DNA of 32,000 bases from Acaryochloris marina MBIC11017 (GTDB lineage Bacteria; Cyanobacteriota; Cyanobacteriia; Thermosynechococcales; Thermosynechococcaceae): NCBI RefSeq assembly GCF_000018105.1, contig NC_009926.1, positions 1-32,000 of the forward strand, in the 5' to 3' direction. Within the stretch, counting starts at the first letter, position 1, and every line of letters begins with the position of its first letter. The position numbers were made by a program, and so were the translations under genes. The notes beneath the pieces were generated by a model that was not told where the DNA came from, made no database searches, and was given only the letters and a program-made list of their open reading frames with translations. Positions 18,181 to 25,600 of this stretch are shown here, piece after piece.

Positions 18181-18301
18181 TAAGTTGACGACGCAGCTCT
18201 AGATTGGGACTTTCAGTCCCTTCTTTAACCTCTGGACTTTCAGTCCAGAGTGGTTAAGTTTAAAATTTTTTTCATCCATCATATTCTAAGCAGTCAACTT
18301 A
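18181..18301. repeat. twin palindromes GGACTTTCAGTCC bracketed by a 9-bp inverted repeat
   Basis: GGACTTTCAGTCC occurs at 18207-18219 and 18234-18246, centre-to-centre 27 bp. Each extends to a 5-6 bp stem hairpin. TAAGTTGAC at 18181-18189 and GTCAACTTA at 18293-18301 flank them. Confidence 0.6.
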
Positions 18302-18506
18302 CACAACTTAGAAGAGCTGTTTCAAGTTTGCCAGGGGTAATTCGAAATCACTGGAAGTCCGTAAAGAGCAAGGGCACTATGGAGAATCTAGTTACGCAAT
18401 ATTCTTGGTTCTAAACTTTCTCCCAGAAAATTAAACAGCTCTGGACTGCTTAGGGTTTTCTCTTTTTTTACTTTGACAATTTATATAGTCCAACAGTTAT
18501 CTAATA

Positions 18507-18652
18507 GAAATGAGAAAATCAGCTGCCCCGCTTCAAGCAGACGGGGTATGGAATACGATTTGCTCCCAAACCGTAGATTTGGATTACAATCCCATTTCTT
18601 TGCTGCAAGCAGCGGGAAATCTACCCTCACTAGATTAAATATTTCTCATTTT
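18507..18652. other. inverted-repeat-bounded structured element (~145 bp), possible ncRNA or MITE-like relic
   Basis: AAATGAGAAA (18509-18518) pairs with TTTCTCATTT (18642-18651). Inside are the hairpin CCCCG-11nt-CGGGG (18526-18546) and two similar direct motifs: GCTTCAAGCAGACGGGG (18530-18546) and GCTGCAAGCAGCGGG (18602-18616). The 60-aa track ORF here looks non-coding. Confidence 0.3.
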
Positions 18653-18831
18653 TAAATCAGCTTTTCAGCACCCTCACTGACTCCAACCCAGCCTGCACAA
18701 TCTCCTCAATCTGCACCATCGTCTTCAGTAGGCGCAGCCCAATTACCCGATCAGCACGAAAAATACCTCCAAAGATGCAACTACTTCCAGAAACTGATCA
18801 AAAACTCAATCCGACCAAACACAGGTGCAGT

Positions 18832-19001
18832 ATGATTTATCCTGCGGGATTAGGTTGGGATAGCTCATCAACCCAGAGGATAATCAGGTAAAAATCTATC
18901 GGCCTAATCAGGTTGTTGAGATGCTAGAATCTCCCAGCTCGGTTTCTGGAGAAGAGGTATTGCCAGGGTTTAGTCTCAATCTAGAGTGGATCTGGGGATG
19001 A
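18832..19001 (+). pseudogene. second Uma2-family (DUF820) 3' remnant, frameshifted
   Basis: From 18864: LINPEDNQVKIYRPNQVVEMLESPSSVSGEEVLPGFSLNLEWIWG*. Upstream ..MIYPAGLGW is in another frame and a TAG immediately precedes LINP. By eye it is about 70 percent identical at DNA level to 241-381. Confidence 0.6.
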
Positions 19002-19043
19002 GGTTGATTCAAACTTGCTTAGAACACCAGCTTAAAGTTGATG

Positions 19044-19424
19044 TCAATTCTGCTTAGTACCCATTTTTTTATAAAACTCACGGTTGTATTCTTTTGCTGC
19101 TAATTCCATCCCCTCTACAACATCATCTGGCACGATTCCACTAAATGAGTCAGCATCTCCACCTGGATCCATCATCAGAACTTCACAAGGATGAGTCTTT
19201 AAAATCACCCACCAGTTGGAGTTGGCCTGTTCTACACCAATGAGATGATAGTTCCACTGGGAATGAACAATTTTCAAATCCTTAATAAACTGCCGATCAT
19301 ATGGAACAAACTCTATTGTTTGGGCACATTCTTCAATACTCCGATCTGAAGTGTTTGCTTCAACTGCTATAGCAACTGGTAAGGTTAACAAACTTACTGA
19401 TAGTGATATTAAAAGAGTCCGCAT
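19044..19424 (-). CDS. secreted hypothetical protein (signal peptide)
   Basis: Signal-like N-terminus MRTLLISLSVSLLTLPVAIAVEA. The start is 5 nt after the hydrolase stop, suggesting co-transcription. Confidence 0.55.
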   Translation of the reverse strand: MRTLLISLSVSLLTLPVAIAVEANTSDRSIEECAQTIEFVPYDRQFIKDLKIVHSQWNYHLIGVEQANSNWWVILKTHPCEVLMMDPGGDADSFSGIVPDDVVEGMELAAKEYNREFYKKMGTKQN

Positions 19425-19429
19425 GGCTT

Positions 19430-22400
19430 TTAGTACAAGAAATTTGCAGGATTTAGTCTTTGACCAGAAGGGTCTCGGATCTCAAAATGTAAATGTGGTC
19501 CTGTTGTTCTACCGCTGTTACCAGAGAGGGCAATCACTTGGCCTTGCTTAACAGGATCACCTATTTGCACATTTGTAGCTGATAAATGCCCATAAACCGT
19601 AACATAACCGCTACTGTGCTGAATAAACACAAAATTGCCGTACCCTCCGCCACATCTAGACTCCAAGTGACCCTGCTGAGGACAATCTACTTTAACAGCA
19701 GTGACGACACCTCCATCTGATGCCCTAATTTCAGATCCTATCGGTGTACCGTAATCAATACCTCTGTGGAATCCTAATGATCGCGGACCATAGGGCGAAG
19801 TTATAGGATACTCAGTTGGTAAGTCAAACTGTCCAGTGGTTATCCCATCTCCCTGAACAAACGGCCCTAATTGACCATTAAGGTTACTCGCGATCGCACC
19901 AGGCGAACCCGGCACCCCAGCCACCTGTGAAGGCTTACAGGGCACCCCAGCCGAAGCCACCGTAGCAGGCGCATTGGTCGAAGCATCTCCAGTTGACCCA
20001 TACTTCTCAAAATTGGCTGGATTACTCCACACCTCACTTTCTTCAGGTCCACCGGGCAGCGAGGTCCATTGCCAAGGACTCAGCACCCTGTCTGCCAGGG
20101 CAAAGTTCCCTCGCTGAATCGCACCGATTAGATCAACATTCTTCTCAGCCCCAATGATTTTGATCCACTCCACCGCTGCTTGAGCCGCAACCGCCCGATC
20201 CCGTGTCCAGCCATCCAGCCCCGTTCGTTGCAGAAGGGACTGCCTAGACTCTGGTGTAAATTGATAAATTCCATAAGCACCTGTCTTAGGATTGGGCCTC
20301 CAATTCGTCCCATCCGTGCTTTCTCCAATTCTGATTCGGGCTAGATATTGCCTCAGATTATGGTCAGGATCGGCGGGGGCTGAATGGGTTGATGAGCCCT
20401 GACTTTGGCTATTGCTAGCGCTATTATTAAAGGTTGCCGCTGCTTGATCCGTACCCACATACCGCCAATGCCACGGCTCATAGCTCACCCCTTGGCTATT
20501 CCCCTTAGGAAACGACAGCTCAAACCCATACTTCCCCGCATTCTGCTGCATCCAGGCATATTCAGGAGTGTTAGCCCAAGATTCATTCAGGTAGGGATTC
20601 GCATTATTTCCTACATCCACGGCTAACCCCGTATGGTGCTCACTGTGGCCTGCGGGTGCTGATATCTTCGCTGCTGCTTCTGGAGAACCTTGCTCAGCGA
20701 CCTGGTCCGAGAACAACTCTTCTTGCAGCTTTCTATCCCGAAAGCCTGATACCGCCTTGATATCCAATCCTTGAGCCGCTGCATCAGCCCGCATTTGCTC
20801 AAAGGCTGACGCTGCATCTTGAGTCAGGCCAACTGTAGCCCCATCCACCGCAGTCACTTCATAAAGCTGTTCATCGGTTTCCTCATAGGGAAGATGCCCA
20901 TACTTAGTATTTGCGGCTCCCGCATCACTCTGGCCCGCTGTCGCAATAATCTGGTCGGGGTCGCAGTACACCCCAGCAGCCAAAGTTTGATTTCTCAAAC
21001 GTGCAAGACTAGCAGGCAAGTTCCGCCGACTCGCGACGAGGAACAGCCCATCTTCTTTGACAACATACGGTGTTGGAATCACCAGAAAGTGAGGTGTACA
21101 TTGCTGGCCGAGCAAGGGAATCATGACGCAGAACTGAAAGGCGACACTGAGCTTAGCCGTACTCTTTTGGTCGGGATACTCCGTGATTTTCTTGAGGACA
21201 AACTTGGTATGGCTATTCACCCCAAACGGATGAATCCCCGCAGGTTCCCAGCCTCCATTCACCCACTTCAGCAGTCCTTTTCCTCCTTTAACCCCTTGGC
21301 CATTCTTGCCCCCTGAGTCTCCTTGCACCCATTGTTTCCCTTCGATATCGTCATCCCCCGTCGCTTGGGCTACTGGAGAGCTGATAAACTTCCGCATCTC
21401 AAAATGGGGGCAGTTATCCGCTCTTTGGTTTTGGGTCTGGCCGAGGGTGCATTTGATGGGTCTAAACTTTTGGTTTTCACTGCCACCGGATAGCGAATGT
21501 TGGATGGAAGGCTCCTCTGGCCCCTCAACTCCGCTATAGGCAATATCAAACCTCGCGAATAAGTCCCCCGCAAAAAAGCTAAAGGCTAGGTCAAAAGGGA
21601 GCTTATCAATCGGAATCTCTGAGAGGCCAGGAACAGAGTTGATGGTCTTGTCCTTCGCTCCAGGTATCTCTTCAATCGCCATGTCCGCAATCTTAGGTAG
21701 GGTCTGCTCAATGGGCTGATTGACCAGATCGGGGACGGCACCCAAGGGCAAATTCTTTAGTTCAGGCACGGCCTTGATCACTTCCTTGACAGCAACATCT
21801 GTTCCTTTTGCCAAGATATAAGCTTGTGCCCGTTTCCTCACCTGTTGCCAGTTACCATTTATCGCATCACCGACGAGAGGGACAACCTGATTAACGGGCA
21901 GTTTCTTGAGGGTGGGGCCAATCTTCTTACCAATCCCCGCTAGCTGAATCTGCTCAGCCTTGGAGATGACCCCCTGCCAATTACCCCGTGCTAGGTCTTG
22001 AAGCGGAATCCCTTTAAAAGCGGGTATCTTGCTGAGTCTAGTAATCAGCACTTTCTCTCCTGTAGTCAGGGCGGCTTGCTGGAGCTGTTTACCTGCTTGA
22101 GAAGGGTCATACAATACCCCTAAAGCTGCTTGGATGGCCGGGGCGGCATCATCAACGGTGATTTTCTCGCCATTGTTGATCTTGGTGTAGAGTTTATCGA
22201 TTTCATCAACCGTCAGGCCATAAACGAGGGGCACATCGCCAATGGGTAATCCTGCAATATCCGTCCCCTGTTTAGCTGAAATATCTCGTAAGGTCAGTTT
22301 GGTGAAGGATGCCGTGACGGGATTTTGCTGTAAGTCTCCAAACTTGAGGATTTGATCAGGAGTCGCCCCTTGAGGCCATGCCCGATCTACTTGGTAAGGA

Positions 22401-22636
22401 AGCTGCACTCCATTGGGTAAGGGTGGGATTTCGACATAGCCAGCTTGCTCAGCCGTCGTTAGTTGTCGAAACGTAGGGGACGGTCCAGGATCGGGATCAT
22501 AGTAAAGTCCCGGTAAGTTGACGGGGGTATCTGGGCTAAGTGCTGCCGTCTGTTGCTGCTGTTGAGCTAGAGCAGGGGCTATCTGCGTCAAAGTCGGTAG
22601 ACCAGCCAGGGCCATAGCTATGAGTTTCTTTTTCAT
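19430..22636 (-). CDS. large secreted multi-domain peptidoglycan hydrolase (M15/VanY-like + lysozyme/transglycosylase-like + M23)
   Basis: Signal peptide MKKKLIAMALAGLPTLTQIAPALAQ (ATG 22636). VanY/M15 motifs: SGFRD..SEHHTGLAVDV..YEPWHWRY. Lysozyme-like motif: IGESTDG...GAYGIYQFT. M23 motifs: HRGIDYG...GPHLHFEI. The N-terminal ~600 aa are unassigned. Confidence 0.85.
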   Translation of the reverse strand: MKKKLIAMALAGLPTLTQIAPALAQQQQQTAALSPDTPVNLPGLYYDPDPGPSPTFRQLTTAEQAGYVEIPPLPNGVQLPYQVDRAWPQGATPDQILKFGDLQQNPVTASFTKLTLRDISAKQGTDIAGLPIGDVPLVYGLTVDEIDKLYTKINNGEKITVDDAAPAIQAALGVLYDPSQAGKQLQQAALTTGEKVLITRLSKIPAFKGIPLQDLARGNWQGVISKAEQIQLAGIGKKIGPTLKKLPVNQVVPLVGDAINGNWQQVRKRAQAYILAKGTDVAVKEVIKAVPELKNLPLGAVPDLVNQPIEQTLPKIADMAIEEIPGAKDKTINSVPGLSEIPIDKLPFDLAFSFFAGDLFARFDIAYSGVEGPEEPSIQHSLSGGSENQKFRPIKCTLGQTQNQRADNCPHFEMRKFISSPVAQATGDDDIEGKQWVQGDSGGKNGQGVKGGKGLLKWVNGGWEPAGIHPFGVNSHTKFVLKKITEYPDQKSTAKLSVAFQFCVMIPLLGQQCTPHFLVIPTPYVVKEDGLFLVASRRNLPASLARLRNQTLAAGVYCDPDQIIATAGQSDAGAANTKYGHLPYEETDEQLYEVTAVDGATVGLTQDAASAFEQMRADAAAQGLDIKAVSGFRDRKLQEELFSDQVAEQGSPEAAAKISAPAGHSEHHTGLAVDVGNNANPYLNESWANTPEYAWMQQNAGKYGFELSFPKGNSQGVSYEPWHWRYVGTDQAAATFNNSASNSQSQGSSTHSAPADPDHNLRQYLARIRIGESTDGTNWRPNPKTGAYGIYQFTPESRQSLLQRTGLDGWTRDRAVAAQAAVEWIKIIGAEKNVDLIGAIQRGNFALADRVLSPWQWTSLPGGPEESEVWSNPANFEKYGSTGDASTNAPATVASAGVPCKPSQVAGVPGSPGAIASNLNGQLGPFVQGDGITTGQFDLPTEYPITSPYGPRSLGFHRGIDYGTPIGSEIRASDGGVVTAVKVDCPQQGHLESRCGGGYGNFVFIQHSSGYVTVYGHLSATNVQIGDPVKQGQVIALSGNSGRTTGPHLHFEIRDPSGQRLNPANFLY

Positions 22637-22676
22637 GGGGAAATGCTGTGGTGCGATAAAGGAATGTACCGCCAGC

Positions 22677-22714
22677 AAAAACGGCCCCGATCTGAGCTAT
22701 TAACTGAAGTGTTC
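22677..22714 (+). repeat. 38-bp direct repeat, copy A (left of NACHT gene)
   Basis: AAAAACGGCCCCGATCTGAGCTATTAACTGAAGTGTTC matches copy B at 25430-25467 at 33 of 38 positions. Confidence 0.7.
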
Positions 22715-22918
22715 TGTAGGCTATCTGGAGGCGATTTACTTGACAGAGAAGCGTTACCCAGAAGACTTGGGAGGACTTGTTAAAGGGCTGTGCGGTTAGC
22801 AAGAAGGAAATAGGTGATGGTGCAGCCAGATCCGTTCATTGGCTGTTGAAGTTTAACTGAGACTCCCAAGCTAAGATGCTATTGAAAGCTGCAATTTGTT
22901 GTATTTCTTGGGTGAAGA

Positions 22919-25456
22919 GTGATTTCTTGGCTAAACAACTGGCATACAACGCCTTGGCTCTGGTTGCTTGCAAACACCACAGCAAAAGGAAAAGATGACT
23001 CAAGAATCAAGCAGATCCTAGATTTTCTCAACAACATTCCGATGATCGGCTGGGGAATTGCTGGGTTCGCGTTGGTGGCAATGGCAACAGCAGCGATCGC
23101 TAAGTGGACAGGCAACCTTGAAAAAATCATCGTATTTTCTCAAAAATATCTCTTTCGCAAAACACCAGAGATTATCGAAGCAAAAAGACAAAAAGCCCGA
23201 CAAAAGCTGATTAAAGTTTTACTTGGGCAAGTTGTTAAACGCTTGGAAAACTCTTTACATCACAAAATCCCTATTGATTTGAGGCATGAGGAGCAACCAC
23301 AACGGGTTGGACAACGGAATTTACCAACTGTTCAAGACGAAGAAGTCTCTGAGAATTTCATCAATCGAACATTCAATCCCTTCACGGAAAACGCTCTACA
23401 CGAGGCTGAAAGCACCCAGAAATCTACTCAAAAACTCTTAGAACGGGAGGACATTCAGGGACGTTTATTGATTTTGGGAGAACCGGGGTCTGGAAAGACA
23501 AATGAACTGTTAGTTCTAGCTAGGGACTTACTGATAAAAGCACAGCAATCTCCAGATAAACCAATCCCAGTAATCTTTGAGCTATCTGAATGGAATGACA
23601 ACCAGGAGCTTGATGAATGGCTTGCTCAGCAATTATTTGAAAAGCACAAAATCCCATTAGATGTTTCTAAACACTGGATGAGACAAAAACAGCTGCTTCC
23701 TCTATTGGATGGCCTGGACGAGCTTAGCAAAATAGAAGGGAGTGAAGAAGTTTCATCAAAAGAACTTGACCAAGGTCAAATCAAAGAACTGATTCAATGT
23801 GTAAGGGAAATCAATACCTTTATTAGTATTTTCTCTTTACCTCTTGTTGTGTGTTGTCGGCGCAAAGAATATGAAGCACTCGAAGCACAAGGTGAATCTC
23901 TCAAGTGTTTGAACGGAGCTATAGATTTACAACCTCTCAGTGATAAGCAGATTAAAGAATATCTTCAGAAATTAAAGCGGGAATCTTTATGGGAAGTACT
24001 TCAAAGCCAGCCTGAACTTCCGGAATTTATCCGTTCACCATTGTTTCTACTTATTTTGGCGGTTGTATATAAAGGGGAACACATTAGCAGTGAAGAAGAA
24101 TTGCTTGACGAATACATAACTAAACAACTAAATTCGGCCAGCAAAAAGGCTTACCAAAAAAGAATTCGTTCCAAGTTGCGGCCGAGTAAATTCTATATAA
24201 AAAAACTTGGTAAAGAACCTGCTCCAGAGAAAACTCATTATTACCTGAGCTGGTTAGCAAGCAAACTGGATTTTGAAGGAAAAACTGAGTTCCTAATCGA
24301 ACAAATTCAACCTACATTGTTAGATACTGCAAAGGCTCGAAAACATTATCGTTGGATTTCTGGGCTGATGTATGGAGTGATTATAAGTTTGTGTTTTGGG
24401 TTGATAGGAGGGTGGTGGATCGGTCTAGTATTCGGTTTAATTGGGGGACTAAGTATTGTACTGAGTGAAAATAAAAAGCCAAAGAAGTATAGATTCTCAT
24501 GGAAAGGATTCTGGGAAGCAGGACTGATTTATGGGTTAATTATTGGGTTTCTTAAAGATCTTAATCTTGGTTTGTGTTTTGGACTGAGTGGAGGACTGAG
24601 TAGAGGACTGAGTAGAGGACTAGGTGACAGCCAAAAACCTGAAAAGCTGAGATTATTCTGGAAAAGCTTTTGGAGGGCAGGAGTAATTTTTGGACTAATT
24701 TTTGGACTCAGTGGAAGTCTGCGTAGAGGACTTGCTGGAGGGATTATTGGAGGGCTTAGTGAAGGGCTTATAGAAGGACTGAGTAGAGGACTGAGTAACA
24801 TCAAAACATCAGAAAAGTTCAGCTTTTCATGGAAAAGTTTTTGGAGAGTAGGGTTTAGTATTGGACTGACTATTGCGATTATTGGAGGGCTTAGTGAGGG
24901 GCTTACAGAAGGACTGAGTAGAGGCGTCTTGATTGCATTAACTGGAGGGTCAAGTATTGGGTTTATCGCTGGGCTGATTGAAGGAATAGAAAATTCTGAT
25001 ATTGATGTTCAGGATAAAACAACTCCTAATCAAGGAATTAAAACTTCTATCAGAAATGGGATAATTGTTGCAATAGTATTTGGACTGTGTGCTGGGCTAA
25101 TTGGTGGACTGAGTGAAGGACTAGTTTTCGTGTTGGCTAGTGGGTCGAGTAGGGGGATATTTGTTAGGATGGCTGTTGGGTTGAATGTCGGACTGATTGC
25201 TGGACTGATTGCTGGACTGATTGCTGGGATAGACGCAGTCTTTAAACACTTTTTCTTGCGTATAGTCCTCTACCAATCTGGAGTTGCCCCCTGGAACTAC
25301 GCAAGATTCCTCGAACATGCCGAAAACCATCGATTCATCCAGCGAGTAGGTGGCCGCTACCGCTTTGTCCATGACCTGCTAAGAAAAAGGTTCACGGCAA
25401 CTTTGAATGAGGAGAAAAATAAAGAAAAAAAAAACGGCCCAGATCGGAGCCGTTAA
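22919..25456 (+). CDS. NACHT-family P-loop NTPase with a C-terminal glycine-zipper transmembrane repeat region
   Basis: Walker A LILGEPGSGKTNEL, Walker B LLPLLDGLDEL, and a short N-terminal TM helix (MIGWGIAGFALVAMATAAIA). The C-terminal ~330 aa are repeats of basic-W-motif plus GL-rich helices. The track start is GTG 22919; an alternative ATG is at 23042. Confidence 0.8.
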   Translation: MISWLNNWHTTPWLWLLANTTAKGKDDSRIKQILDFLNNIPMIGWGIAGFALVAMATAAIAKWTGNLEKIIVFSQKYLFRKTPEIIEAKRQKARQKLIKVLLGQVVKRLENSLHHKIPIDLRHEEQPQRVGQRNLPTVQDEEVSENFINRTFNPFTENALHEAESTQKSTQKLLEREDIQGRLLILGEPGSGKTNELLVLARDLLIKAQQSPDKPIPVIFELSEWNDNQELDEWLAQQLFEKHKIPLDVSKHWMRQKQLLPLLDGLDELSKIEGSEEVSSKELDQGQIKELIQCVREINTFISIFSLPLVVCCRRKEYEALEAQGESLKCLNGAIDLQPLSDKQIKEYLQKLKRESLWEVLQSQPELPEFIRSPLFLLILAVVYKGEHISSEEELLDEYITKQLNSASKKAYQKRIRSKLRPSKFYIKKLGKEPAPEKTHYYLSWLASKLDFEGKTEFLIEQIQPTLLDTAKARKHYRWISGLMYGVIISLCFGLIGGWWIGLVFGLIGGLSIVLSENKKPKKYRFSWKGFWEAGLIYGLIIGFLKDLNLGLCFGLSGGLSRGLSRGLGDSQKPEKLRLFWKSFWRAGVIFGLIFGLSGSLRRGLAGGIIGGLSEGLIEGLSRGLSNIKTSEKFSFSWKSFWRVGFSIGLTIAIIGGLSEGLTEGLSRGVLIALTGGSSIGFIAGLIEGIENSDIDVQDKTTPNQGIKTSIRNGIIVAIVFGLCAGLIGGLSEGLVFVLASGSSRGIFVRMAVGLNVGLIAGLIAGLIAGIDAVFKHFFLRIVLYQSGVAPWNYARFLEHAENHRFIQRVGGRYRFVHDLLRKRFTATLNEEKNKEKKNGPDRSR
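24340..25240 (+). repeat. intragenic tandem repeats (~165-170 bp units, plus 15-bp and 12-bp micro-repeats)
   Basis: Unit starts lie near 24470 (KKYRFSWKGFWEAG), 24631 (EKLRLFWKSFWRAG) and 24800 (EKFSFSWKSFWRVG). GGACTGATTGCT occurs 3 times at ~25190-25230 and GGACTGAGTAGA 2 times at ~24591-24614. Confidence 0.8.
25425..25454 (-). terminator. strong intrinsic terminator for the minus-strand T4SS operon, embedded in the NACHT 3' end
   Basis: Minus strand reads AACGGC-uccgaucugg-GCCGUU followed by ten U (A-run at 25425-25434). It lies 36 nt downstream of the small ORF stop at 25490. Confidence 0.6.
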
Positions 25457-25467
25457 CTGAAGAGTTC
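25430..25467 (+). repeat. 38-bp direct repeat, copy B (right end of NACHT gene)
   Basis: AAAAACGGCCCAGATCGGAGCCGTTAACTGAAGAGTTC. It includes the last 8 codons and the stop of the NACHT ORF. Confidence 0.7.
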
Positions 25468-25489
25468 AAATTGAAAAACTGAAGTCAGC

Positions 25490-25600
25490 TTATTTCAAGA
25501 GCAAGATCCAAGCGATTATCCCCAAGATCCAGCCAATGGGACCTGCGAGGAGCAGGAACGGTGTGAGGACGATCAGGAGGATGACAAGACAACCTTTCAT
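25490..25600 (-). CDS. 36-aa hydrophobic membrane peptide, translationally coupled to the upstream gene
   Basis: MKGCLVILLIVLTPFLLLAGPIGWILGIIAWILLLK*. Its ATG overlaps the upstream stop (TGATG). Below the ORF-track cut-off. Confidence 0.45.
   Translation of the reverse strand: MKGCLVILLIVLTPFLLLAGPIGWILGIIAWILLLK

Noticed and set aside
18206-18248. Possible tRNA-Glu gene, because the hairpin loops read CUUUCAG (anticodon UUC)
   Set aside because: No acceptor, D or T arms can be drawn around either hairpin, and the flanks do not resemble cyanobacterial tRNA-Glu. I kept it only as a palindromic repeat.
19867-21573. Multiple 60-165 aa ORFs on both strands inside 19430-22636
   Set aside because: All are nested in the 1068-aa hydrolase ORF, which carries three sets of catalytic motifs. 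The nested ORFs have no independent signals.
22536-22802. 88-aa minus-strand ORF spanning the hydrolase start region
   Set aside because: It overlaps the signal-peptide start of the hydrolase in another frame and covers repeat copy A. Its composition is implausible.
24580-25240. CRISPR-like short tandem repeats (GGACTGATTGCT x3, GGACTGAGTAGA x2)
   Set aside because: The repeats are contiguous with no spacers. They lie in frame inside the NACHT ORF and encode GLIAG / GLSRG glycine-zipper units, so they are coding repeats.
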